Assembly (NCBI GenBank): GCA_001179505.1
Contig: CDMY01000243.1
Span: forward strand, 434,001-498,000
Direction: 5' to 3'
From: Vitrella brassicaformis CCMP3155
Taxonomy: Eukaryota > Protista > Chromerida
Length of the DNA: 64,000 nt
The position numbers and the translations under genes were made by a program. Below, piece after piece: positions 53,401 through 64,000 of the stretch; position 1 is the stretch's first letter, and each line of letters begins with the position of its first letter. The notes below the pieces were generated by a model. The model worked only from the letters and a program-made list of their open reading frames with translations. It did no database searches and had not been told where the DNA came from.

Positions 53401-56400
53401 TGGCAGGCAGGAGATGGCGGCTCTGCCGGCGTGGTATCCCTTGGGGCATCTGTTGCACTCAAACATCCCGGGTCGTGGCGAGGCGTTGCCCACAGGGCAT
53501 GCCTCGCACTGCTCCATATCGTCCCTGCGGTAGTATCCGGGGCTGCATGGGCGGCAGAAGTCCGACGACCGCCACTCGTCGTCCACCACAAAATGGCGCC
53601 ACAGGGCTGGCTTGGGCGGCTCGTACCCGGGCCGGCAACCAAACATGAGCTGCTCAAACACCACACGCAGCTGCTCCCTCACCTGGCAATCATCAAACCA
53701 TCCATCCCAAAGACACAGACATTCAGACACTGGTCGGCCGGTCGGTGCATCCATCCGCTACCACTGACTGACCATTTTCTCAGCGAGGCTCTTGGGTATG
53801 CCTGGGGTGAGGGATGGGTTCTCGAATAGGGTGATCTGGTTCTCCAGGGGGACGTTATAGAAGACGTCGGGTATGTTGCCCGAGAGCTCGTTGCCGTGGA
53901 GGAAGATCGACCGTGCCTTGGTGAGGTTGCCCATCGACACAGGCAGCTCACCACTCAACCTGAGGGGAGGGGGGCGCCGAGAGAGCGAGACACCCAATAT
54001 ACATAATGCCAGTCCATCGATGCCATCGATGGGGCGTCTTGTGTGTGTGGAGTGGGTAAGTCAGACAGACAGTCCATGCATACATACTTGTTGTATTGCA
54101 TGTACAGGTGTGTGAGGTTCTTCATGCCGGGGTAGGTCACGTTGCCGTCCTGCCCCTCGCCACCGCCTATGCACGCCGGCACACTCCCCTGCATGTTGTT
54201 GCGCGCCATCTCAAACCTGACACACAGACAGACAGAGCAGATAAGCAGAAAGGTGGCCGACTGAGTGTTGGTGTCATTCATTCATTCATTCATTGATTGA
54301 TATCCCCTCACTGACTCTTCCAGCATGGTGAGCATGCAGACTTGGTCTGGCAGCTGGGCCTCCAGTCGGTTGCCCCCCGCCTTCAGAATCGTCAGGGAAC
54401 CGCAGTGGCCGATCGAACGCGGCAACGTCCCCCTCAGCGAATTCTGAACACACACACCACAACACACCACACGCACAAACACACACACATGGACGTACCG
54501 TACGTACGTACGTCAAGACACCGCATGCACCCTCGAGTCAGTCGATGCTTGTGCGTGCAGTGCTTCCACCCACATGACATACATACATGTCCACATACAC
54601 GTACGTACCTCTTCGAGATAGAGTTCTTTGAGCTTTGATTTCTGGGAGGGGTCTTGTGGGCACAGGTTGGGTGTGAGGTCGGGGATCTGGCCGTCGAACT
54701 TGTTCTTGGCCAGGTTGATGCTGCTGCAGTGCGACAGCTGACCTATCTCGGCCGGGATAGCACCACCCAAGTCTGCTCTCATACCATACCATACACCACC
54801 GCACACACCCAACACGGGCACACATGACATGTCAGTCGACCCATTTATCCATCCATCCATAAGTACAGACACTGACTGACTGATTCATGTGTGGGAAGGG
54901 AAGGTAGCTAAGCTGACCGGCGGCCTGCAGCATGAGTTCATAATCCTCTTCGTTGCATATGATGGCGTCCCACATTCGGCAGAAGGTCCGGCTGATGTTG
55001 AACCGGCCCAGCGACTCGACTCCCTGGTTGTTCTCCAGTAGGGCGAAGTAGAGGTCGGCCACTGCCAGTTTGTCGTCTGCGCAGACTTTGCAGCTCTCAC
55101 CGCAGAACAAGCAATCGCGGGGCGTCTCCGCCACCCCCCCTGGCCACACCAGGTCCGACTCGTTGGTGAATCGCCAGCTGTCCGTCTCCCACTTGGCCAC
55201 CTCCGCCCAGTCCGTGCCCTGGTTGTTCATCAGGACGTATCGCCCCTCTCCCTCCCTGTCTTCACCCAGGTGCACACGACCAGTGACGCCGTCGAAGTCT
55301 ATGTCGGGCAGGGCGTCGAGGAGCAGCCTGCCGAGGGGGTTGACTTCGAATGATGCGCTGGACACGTTGGCGGCTGAGGTCGTCTCGTTGTCTGCTGGCT
55401 CGGGTAGTGTGCCGTTGAAGCCCTTCAGGGCCTGGTCGAGGGCTCGTGCGGCCAGCTGTGCGGCGTCATAGCTGTAGAGCACGTAGTTGCTCAGCGACTC
55501 CTCCTCCGCTCGCGTCAGGTTCAGACGGGGAACAAAACTGATGTCCACACACAGAGCAGCAAACATTCGTGACGGTGCGGGGCATTATGGGTTCTCTGTT
55601 GTCTGGCGCTTTGGTATCTACCCTCCCTCCCACCTATCGGCGGCTCCGCCTTGGCTGCTGAGTGAAGGTGTGACAGCCATGAAGCCCTGAGTGATGTTGG
55701 TGAAGTCGGGCTCAGAGAATATCCGGGGCATCGTGTCCGTCCCTAGCCAGGCCTGAACAACACAACACAACACAACACACCCAGACAGACAGAGGACAAC
55801 AAGACAGACACATCAGATCAGTCAAATCAGTCAGTCAGTCAGCCACGTGTGTGTGTGGCTGTGCTGTGTATGTCTGTTGTGCGTACGCACCGTGCCCCTG
55901 GTGAATATGCCGATTTGGTCCCCCGCTCGCAGGACGGTGTGCAGTATCGACGCACTCACCGCCATCACAAACACCGCCGCATCGTACTGATTCCGCGACA
56001 AACCTACACTCACATGCCATGACCCACACACACACATGCCGCGCAGCAGGCACAGACCCAGTGCAATGCCTGTCCTGTGTGCTTTGTTTGGTCTAGTTAC
56101 CAGAGAGTATTTCGACGGCTGTGTTTGGGTTCCTCACGGCCAGCTCGAAATTGTCGGTCGACACGTCGTAGTCCTCGCGCATCGACACAAACGTGTTCTG
56201 AATGCCACGCCCGTACGTGTCATCCTGATGGAACCCAGGCAGGCAACACACGCACAGCACACATTCCTCGGTGCGGATGGCTGGCTGTCAAAAGTCTGTC
56301 CTTCCGTTTTGATGGACCGACCGACCGAGTGGATGATGACCAGTTTGGTCCACCTAAATCGCTTTGCCAGGGAGAGAATGGCCCGCACCTGAGAGGCGTC

Positions 56401-56918
56401 ACTCGCCGCAAGACCGAAGAAACTCTCGTGCCTGTAGGTAAGACACACATCACATCACATGCATCCGTCGGTCCGCTCATCAATCCATCCATCCATCCAT
56501 CCATCCGGTGCAGCGCATCTGTCACAGACCTGAAAATGTCCGGTGCAGTAGCGGATGGCGAGACGAGAGGGATCCTGAAGAATCCCGCCAGTGGGAGCGC
56601 CTCGGCCGCCATGGCGCTGCTCATGGGCCCCACGATGATGGACGCACGGGCAGCTATCAGCCGCCGCACCGCCAGCAGCCCAGCCACAGGGTCGTCCGTG
56701 TTGTCCTCCACCATCAGCCGCACCGTCCTGTTGCCCAGCAGCGTCTCGTTGGCATTAATGTCGTCCACCGCCAGCTGTATCGCCCGCTGACGGGTGCCGT
56801 CGTTGGCCTGGTTGAGCAGGGCGCCCATCAGCAGGACAGATGTGTTGTTGGGTTGCGCTGAGGCGGCCACCACCAGGCCCGCCACCACAGCCAGGCTCAC
56901 AAAACCTCTCATCCTCAT
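47486..56918 (-). CDS. Large mosaic membrane receptor-like protein: signal peptide, Venus flytrap (ANF-receptor/PBP type I), LRR, Cys-rich repeats, multi-TM (about 7), long disordered cytoplasmic tail
   Basis: VFT: AIQLAVDDINANETLL...IIVGPMSS...IPLVSPSATAP...RWTKLVIIHS|DDTYGRG...YSYDAAQLAARAL...FDGVTGRVHL. LRR: LGGAIPAEIG, NKFDGQIP, NSLRGTLPRSIG, NKLSGELPVSMGNL, GNELSGNIP. CxxCxxG repeats. TM region includes YGFLYSGYEPQFYW. Confidence 0.8.
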
Positions 56919-57265
56919 GCACTGCACCGGCAGTCGCAATCGTCGGGCCGGGCGGCAAGAGAGGGAATGCAGACACAGATCGGCTGCACTGCTGACTCGG
57001 CGGTGTCGTCAAGATCTCCTCATGCGATGATGCACGTCGCGCTGTTCGTCGTAACCGAGGTGTTGCATATGAGTTCAGAGACAGCCGCCAGGTGGAAATC
57101 GTCGACGATCTTCAGCCTTGCACTGGCCACAGCTGAGTCACAGCACCACGCCTGTCTTTAAAAAGAAGAAAGATCGTGGGACGACGGGACGCGTGGGATC
57201 TTCGGCTTAGCTCGCAGACGGCGAGCGCGAGGAGGGAACAGGTGGAGAATAGCTGATATTGAACT

Positions 57266-59394
57266 ATGTGGACGCCTGTGGCGGAGATCTTGGTCTTGGT
57301 GGCCGTTTGGGTCATATTATTACATGAATGTGCGGCGGCGCGGAAGGCTGAGTACGATGCCGTGATTGTTGGAGGAGGCCTGACTGGGTGAGCACACTCA
57401 ACTCACTCAGTTGATGGATGCATCTGTCTGTCTGTCTTTCTGCTCCATCCATCTGCCCTCAATCATTCATTCAATGCATGCAGGTTGAGCCTCGCCCATC
57501 AGCTCAAAAAGGCCGGTATCGACAAGTTTGTCGTTTGTGAGGGCAGCAGCAGGCTAGGCGGCAATGTTATCTCAAGAAAAATGAGGGGCGGCTTCCTGAT
57601 TGAACAAGGTACACCAAGTGAGTGCACGCGTGGAACACACACGTGGCACGGCATCCATCTCTTGCTTCCTTCTCGGTATGTTTGCTACTAACCTGTCTGC
57701 TTGCTGGTCGGTCAAGGCCCGAATTCTTTCCAGCCGGTCGAGGAGATGCTGGAGGTGGTGAGCGATTTAGATCTGTCGCTGGTGTACAGCAACCCCAAGC
57801 TGCCGCGGTTCGTCTACCACGGCGGCAAGATGCACCGGCTGCCGTCAAGTCTCAAGGACTTCCTCAGCCCCTCCTTCACACTCCTCAGTGGTTGGGCCAA
57901 GGCTCGTCTGGCCATCGGCATGGTCGGCTTCAGAAAGGGAAAGCCACACACCGATGATGAAAGTGTCAAAGGGTAGGCGCGACGCAGCAAGGAAACACGT
58001 ACGTACCCTTGTTTGTGTGTATGAGTTGTGTCTGTTCTGCCTGCAGGTGGTTTGAGAGAAATCTCGGCCCTTGTGTGTATGCGAAGATTGTAGAGCCCTT
58101 TGTGTCAGGTGGGTTTAAGATGGCACAGCATACTTGTGAGGGACGGCATTACCGCTCGGGGCCAGCACAGCACATATACTATCATTCATGTGTGCAGGCG
58201 TGTATGCTGGAGATGCGAGCCGTCTGGCAATGAGATCAGCGTTCCCCAGAATAGCCGGTACACACAAAACCAAGACATCCGGCTGGCTGGCTGGCTCATT
58301 CATTATATTTGCTTTCCTGGTCGTGCATCCGTCAATTGCTCAGCTCTTGAGCAGGGACCCGGCACCGCAGGCATCCTCTGGGGCGCTTTGGCGCGTGCAC
58401 GGCAGCGCAAGAGAGCCAAGAGGGAGTATCAACTGCCGTCGCCACCACCCAGGGGCGCGCTGGCGAGCTTCGAGGGCGGCATTGAGCAGCTGCCCCGCGC
58501 CCTGGCCGAGAAGCTGGGCAGGAAGGCGTGTCGGACGGGGTGGCGGTGTGTGGACATTGCCAAGGACAATAAGGGGGGTGATTTCGTCACGACTTTCCGG
58601 CTGCCCTTCGGCCGTCGTCGGCGTGTGACGAGCAAGGTTGTGGCGCTCGCTCTTCCAGCACACCGTAAGCCGTGACCCACCCACTGACTGCCGGAACCCA
58701 TGCGTACGTATCCTTTTGACTGGCTGGGCTGTTTGCTGCCTTTGTCCGTCACGTCAGGTGTGTCCGGTCCCCTCCGGCACCTGGTACCTGAGGCGTCGGA
58801 GCTGAGTTCAATCCCGCACCCCTTCGTCGCCACAGTGGCGCTCGCGTACCCGGACGATGCATTTCGCCAGCCCCTGCGCGGCTTCGGCAACCTCATACCG
58901 AGGAGCGAGGGCCTGCGGCACCTGGGGTCCATCTACGCCTCGTCGCTCTTCCCCGGAAGAGCGCCCAAGGGATGGCAGATGCTCACGAACTTTGTCGGCG
59001 GCAGTCATGACCCGGCAGCCGAGAAGCTTAGCAACAGGGTATGCATGCAGAAATGCTCACATCCATCCATACGCCTGTTGTGCCCTTCCTTCACCTTCAG
59101 CAACTATCTCGGGTCGTGGATCGGGAGCTGCGCAAGACAGTGCTTCGTGATGGCTACAGGGGGCGGGGGAGGGTGCTGGGCGTCAAGCGGTGGCCGTCAG
59201 CCATACCACAACCGGGCCAAGGACACGAGGACCTGCTGTCTCGTGTGCAGGCCGGTGTCTCACGACATGTGGGCTTGTTTGTCGATGGGTCGTGGTCCTC
59301 TGGCATATCTGTCGGTGACCGCATCAAGGCCGGCAAGCTGCTGGCGGCGGATGTGCTGAATGCAGTCATCAGGAAGAGATTCGAGCGACAGTGA
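57266..59394 (+). CDS. hemY: Protoporphyrinogen IX oxidase (HemY/PPO, plastid-lineage type)
   Basis: YDAVIVGGGLTGLSLA, RLGGNV, IEQGPNSFQP, IVEPFVSGVYAGD, AFP, SFEGGIEQLP, GFGNLIPRSEG, LGSIYASSLFPGRAP, WPSAIPQ. Confidence 0.93.
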
Positions 59395-59595
59395 GGGCGG
59401 TGTGACATTATGACAATGGGAGATGGGAGTTAGTTAAGGACTTTTCTAGTCGATTGATCAATCGTCTTTTGCTGAATGCGAATAGCCGACTGTGGCAGAC
59501 CGACGAGAGAGAAGGGTGAGACAAGCAACATCCTGGCCGATGGGTATATATGGGGGCCGTGGGGGCTGCATGCATGCATGCAACCATTCTGCGGC

Positions 59596-62500
59596 ATGGC
59601 GCTTGTGCACCTGTTTGCCCTCCTCTTTTCCGCGTCACTGGCGGCCGTCCCGGATCCGCCCTCCCATCCCCATCCCCCCTATCGCCTGGTCCGTCTGTCC
59701 CTGTACCACACTGCAGTGAGTCACCCGGTGTCTGCACCCCTTGGAATCGATGACCAGCTGAAACTGCATGGCAATAATCAGCCGACAAATGTCAGCGGGA
59801 CGCACATTGCAAGCAGGGGGGATGAGAGTCCCTCTCACCCTCACCCTGGCCCATCGCAGCCGGTGGCAGAGGAGCCTCCAGCAACCAAGGGCGGCAAGGA
59901 TCATGCGGGAAAGAGACAAGGAGAGGGCAGAGACGAGGAGGAGGAGGGAGAGGACGTGTGCGAGGGGGACTTGGACCAACGGCCCAAAAACATGACGGTA
60001 GGCAGGCATGTGCACGGGGTGGCTCAGTTCGCTTGCAGGCGCTGGATTGCATGAATGCGATGCGGGCTGTGCTGTGTGTCTGTACGTACGTATGTCTGTG
60101 GGGTGGGTGTGCTGTGCAGGCGTGTGAATACTACAAGGAGTGTCCCGAGTAAGACGAAAAACAGCATACACACAGAAGCATCCATCCATCCACTCGTGTC
60201 TCTGTCTCTCTGTCTGTCTGTCTGTCTGTCTCGGTGCAGGGAGTCGTTGGTGCCGTATGGTCAGCTGCACTACTGCCACACACAGAGCATCCCGCTGTCC
60301 CTCGGTGCGGGACTCCTGTGGCTCGTCTACCTCTTCATGGCTGTAGGAGACCTTGCTGATGGTAGACAGACAGACACGTGGAGAGCCGTGGCATACCGAG
60401 CACTTCGCTTGGCGCCAAGCGTGCACGGCGAGTGGTGTGGTGTGCAGGGTACAACTCTCCGCTGCTGATCGACGTGTGTGACAGAATGGGTCTGAGCGAG
60501 CAGGTCGCTGGTGCCACCTTCCTGGCGTTTGGCAACGCCGCGGGAGACGTCGTGTTGGGACTCAGTGCCAACCTCACTGGCGGCGATGACAACCTGTACC
60601 TGTATGTGGGCATGGTTGTGGGCGCAGTCCTGTTCATCACACTGGTGGCCTTGGGCGGCATCATCTTCGCATCTCCCGGCGTCTTCCTCCACCCACGATC
60701 ACTCATCAAAGATGCAGGGTGAAAGGGGTGGTGGGGGGGGGGACACGTGCCATGCACACACTCGGATGGGACGGAGAGAGACACAAACAAAGCGATCTTG
60801 GTACCGTACCCTTCAGCTTCATCTTCGTGGGTATGGGGTTCCTCTTTATGTTTCGGCTGCTGGGGGAGGTGTCCAAGATGTTGGCGATGGTCTACTTGTC
60901 ACTCTATATCATCTATGTGGTGCTGACGGTCTTCATGCCCGTCCCCGACCCCGAGGCTGCCGAGGGCGGCGATATGGTGGACGAAAAGGCCATATCGGTG
61001 ACGGTCACGGCCGCGTCAGCAAGAGACTTGTCGGCTGCCCGGCCGACAGTGAGCATATTCGCGCCACACGAAGAGGACGTGAATGGAAAGTCCGGGACGA
61101 CACTCACCCCGGGGACGCTGGGGCTGCCTCCACCCGCTGCCAAGACCGACATCGGCAGTGAGTGGGGCTCACATCACAGCTCATATAAGACAGACAGCCA
61201 AGATAAGATACATACCCATGTCTCTCTCCCCTCCTCTTTATGTCTTTTGCGTGTGTGCTTAATTGTGCGTGTTGAGAGCGCAAGTCGACTGTAGCCGAGA
61301 CACTGCTGAACCTGAACATGGGCAAGAGGCAGAGCAGGGTCGCATCGGTCATCGCCAGACAGTCGGGGGTAGACGTCCACCGCGCGAGTGTGGCCATGGG
61401 GCGTGAGTCGTTCCGCAAGAGTGTCATGGACGGCATGTCTGCCACGGTGCGCCGGTCGACAGTGAAGGCGGCCTTCAGTCTTGAGAACAAGGCGGCCGAG
61501 CTGGGCTGGGCAGGTCTGAGCATGCCCGAGAAGATCCAGTTCATCCTGCTGCTGCCCCTGCGACTCCTGTGGAACATTTCCATCCCAGTATGTATGTATG
61601 GGTGTATGGGTGTATGTGTATGGGGCAGGTGGGGTGTGGGCGCCCGTCCGTCCTTCCCTCTATATGCTGTCTGTCTCGTGTGTACACGAACCTCCCTGAC
61701 TTTATGTGTACTCAATGCAAACGGGGGCAACGCAGATTTTGTGTGTCCTTGTTGGTCTTGTCTCTTCAGAATCCGGTGTCTGACCCCAACCCCGCGATCC
61801 TGTCGGCCGCCCCAGTGGTCATGGGTGCCCTCATCGCTGCATACACTTTCCGGCTACCAAGCAAGAGAAATCCCGTCAAGGAGTACATTCATTCAAGTAC
61901 ATACATGTCGCTCTCTTGTGTGTCCATTCATTCAACCAGGAATTTGGTGGAGAACCACGGCAAGATGGGCGGCATCGCCATAGCTGCGGTGATCGTCGTT
62001 GTGGGCGTGGCTGGGTCCGTCGGGATGCACATCACATACGCCAAAAATGCCGAGGAGTGAGCATGAAATCCCCGAGCCCCATATTTCATGTCATTTCATA
62101 CGGGTGTCTTGGTTGGTGTGTGTTCAGTCCGCTGCCCAAGTGGGTGGAGGTCTTGTTGGTGGTGTTTGGCCTCATCATGTCCCTATTTTGGATCAAAATC
62201 GTGTGCGACGAGATGGGTCGGTCAGCCAGACACACCACACCACGCCACGCCACGCCACTCCTGAATGAATGGATGCATCTGTGCTGATGAATGGATGGGT
62301 GGGTGTATATGCAGTTGGGATCTGCAGTCTGATAGCGCAGTTGTTGAGACTAAAACTAGCGATTGTCGGCCTCACCATCCTGGCCGTGGGTGCGTCAGCC
62401 ATTGAGACACCTCTCTTGTCACTCAGCCTGGCGTACGTGACGCGGATGAGTCGATCCTTGTTTGTTGGTTGGTTTTGTAGGCAACAGCGTCGCTGACTTC

Positions 62501-63143
62501 ATGGCCTGTCTGGCCATCGCAGTAAGCAGATGCTGACCCGCTTAAAAATGAATGGAGCACCTGTGTCTCTCCTTCGTGCTTCAGCGGCGTGGCCGTGCGG
62601 CAATGGCACTGTCTGGGATCTTCGGCGGTCCAACATTCAATCTCCTCGTGGGGCTAGGTAGACAGACACCCTGCCACACAACTCACACACACTTGCACGA
62701 ACTGGTGTCTGTCTGCCTCTCCGTTGGCTGGTGATAGGATTGGTGTTGGTGCTGCGCACAGTGAGGATGGAGGGCGTGCAGGCCTTCGCGATCAGCAGGG
62801 CGGGGTTCATCTCCATCATGATGGCAATGACTATCGGACCAGTCACCGTCTTCATGGCCTTCATGGTGAAGAAAAGAGCCACACACACACACACACACAC
62901 ACAGATTCATTATCAGTAGTGCATGCCCGTGGTGTGTGTGTGTGTGTGTGTGTGTTAGGATAAGTTTCGGTTGTATCGAAGGACGGCCATCGTGCTGCTG
63001 AGCATGTGAAAACCCCACGAATGAATACGGCCAAAGCACTGGTAGCTGTGTGTATGTGTGTGCGGGGGTGGGGTTTGTGTGCATACAGGTATCTGAGTTG
63101 GGTGACTGTGGTGGTACTTCTGTGCATGCTCAACAAGGAGTGA
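59596..63143 (+). CDS. Cation/Ca2+ exchanger, CCX/NCLX-like (Na_Ca_ex family)
   Basis: Alpha1 repeat LSEQVAGATFLAFGNAAGDV and alpha2 repeat IVGLTILAVG|NSVADF...AMALSGIFGGPTFNLLVGLG. It has an N-terminal hydrophobic leader, a Cys-containing extracellular segment (ACEYYKEC...LHYC) and a central cytosolic loop. Confidence 0.9.
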
Positions 63144-63548
63144 AGCACTCACACACGCACCCCTCCTGCCGAGGCCAGACGCGGAAAGGAGGACGGACGC
63201 AATTGAAGGCACTCATGCATTTGTTAGGACGTTTTGTATGTGTGCGACATCAGTTAGAGACGATGGACAACAGGTCGGTGCGACATGTGAGGTGATGTGT
63301 GCACTGAGTGTATCGCGTTCATTGAATAAGTAATCCATTGGCTGCGATTCCCCTCGTGTGTCTCCCCCGCCCCATCTCCCCTGATCCCCAGCCCAAATCA
63401 TACACAACAAGTAGCGAGGGCCAGCCACAGAAGGGAGCCTTTGCCCCTCCCGCGCGGCCACGTCGCACTCACTCACACACACACACACACACCCAGATGC
63501 ATGCATGTACATGGACACACCTGCTTGCTAGGGCCGTAATGAATGGCA

Positions 63549-63650
63549 AGGGTTTAGGGTTTAGGGTTTACGGCCAAACCCTAAACCCTAGGGTTTGCCA
63601 AACCCTAGGGTTTGGGCCAAACCCTAAACCCTAAACCCTCGACCCTAAAC
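63549..63650. repeat. Interstitial telomere-like TTTAGGG/CCCTAAA repeats in inverted orientation
   Basis: (AGGGTTT)3-acggcc-(AAACCCT)2AGGGTTT-gcc-AAACCCTAGGGTTT-gggcc-(AAACCCT)3-cgaccctaaac. Confidence 0.9.
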
Positions 63651-64000
63651 GAACAATCGATCAATGCAGAATAAACCAACCGGCATTGATTGCAATGCCA
63701 TGCACACACATGCAGACGCATGCACGACAGGCACGTCACGCATACGTAGATACAGACAGACAGACAGACAGACAGACCTACCTGTATTGTCGCGACATGC
63801 ACAAGTAAGTGACAGACAGACAGACAGACAGACTTACGGACATTCATTCCATGTAGGACACCTAAATACATACCCGTGACTGACTGACTGACAACATGTC
63901 CTGTCCGTGTGTACGTCGTGTATGTGTGTGGGTCATGCCACCGACAGCCACTCGTCCAGTTCAGGAGGATCCCCCAACTGAACGCCAGAAGCAGGGGACC

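Noticed and set aside
63549-63650. True chromosome end
   Set aside because: The repeats are short, occur in both orientations, and are flanked by ordinary sequence on both sides.

Overview
Eukaryotic, intron-rich genomic DNA. Most introns are GT-AG and full of (GACA)n/(CA)n/(ATGG)n/(CCCT)n microsatellites. An alveolin, a photosynthetic PGRL1, flagellar PF16 and apicomplexan-like chorismate synthase occur together, which points to a photosynthetic, flagellated alveolate (chromerid, Vitrella-like; this is inference). I reconstructed about 14 spliced genes by hand: PGRL1 (5' partial), alveolin/IMC, PF16/SPAG6, xanthine dehydrogenase, chorismate synthase, Prp43/DHX15, mitochondrial IF2, an SLC34-type Na/Pi cotransporter, a secreted GPI-type beta-helix protein of a bacterial-looking family, a large mosaic receptor (Venus flytrap + LRR + Cys-rich + multi-TM), protoporphyrinogen oxidase, a CCX/NCLX-type cation/Ca exchanger, and 2-3 hypothetical proteins. 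There is a 300-N assembly gap and a palindromic interstitial TTTAGGG telomere-like element near the end. The best candidate for a new system is the head-to-head pair of the Na/Pi cotransporter and the bacterial-type surface protein, a putative co-regulated phosphate-scavenging module. Gene boundaries come from manual splicing and are approximate; no searches were run.
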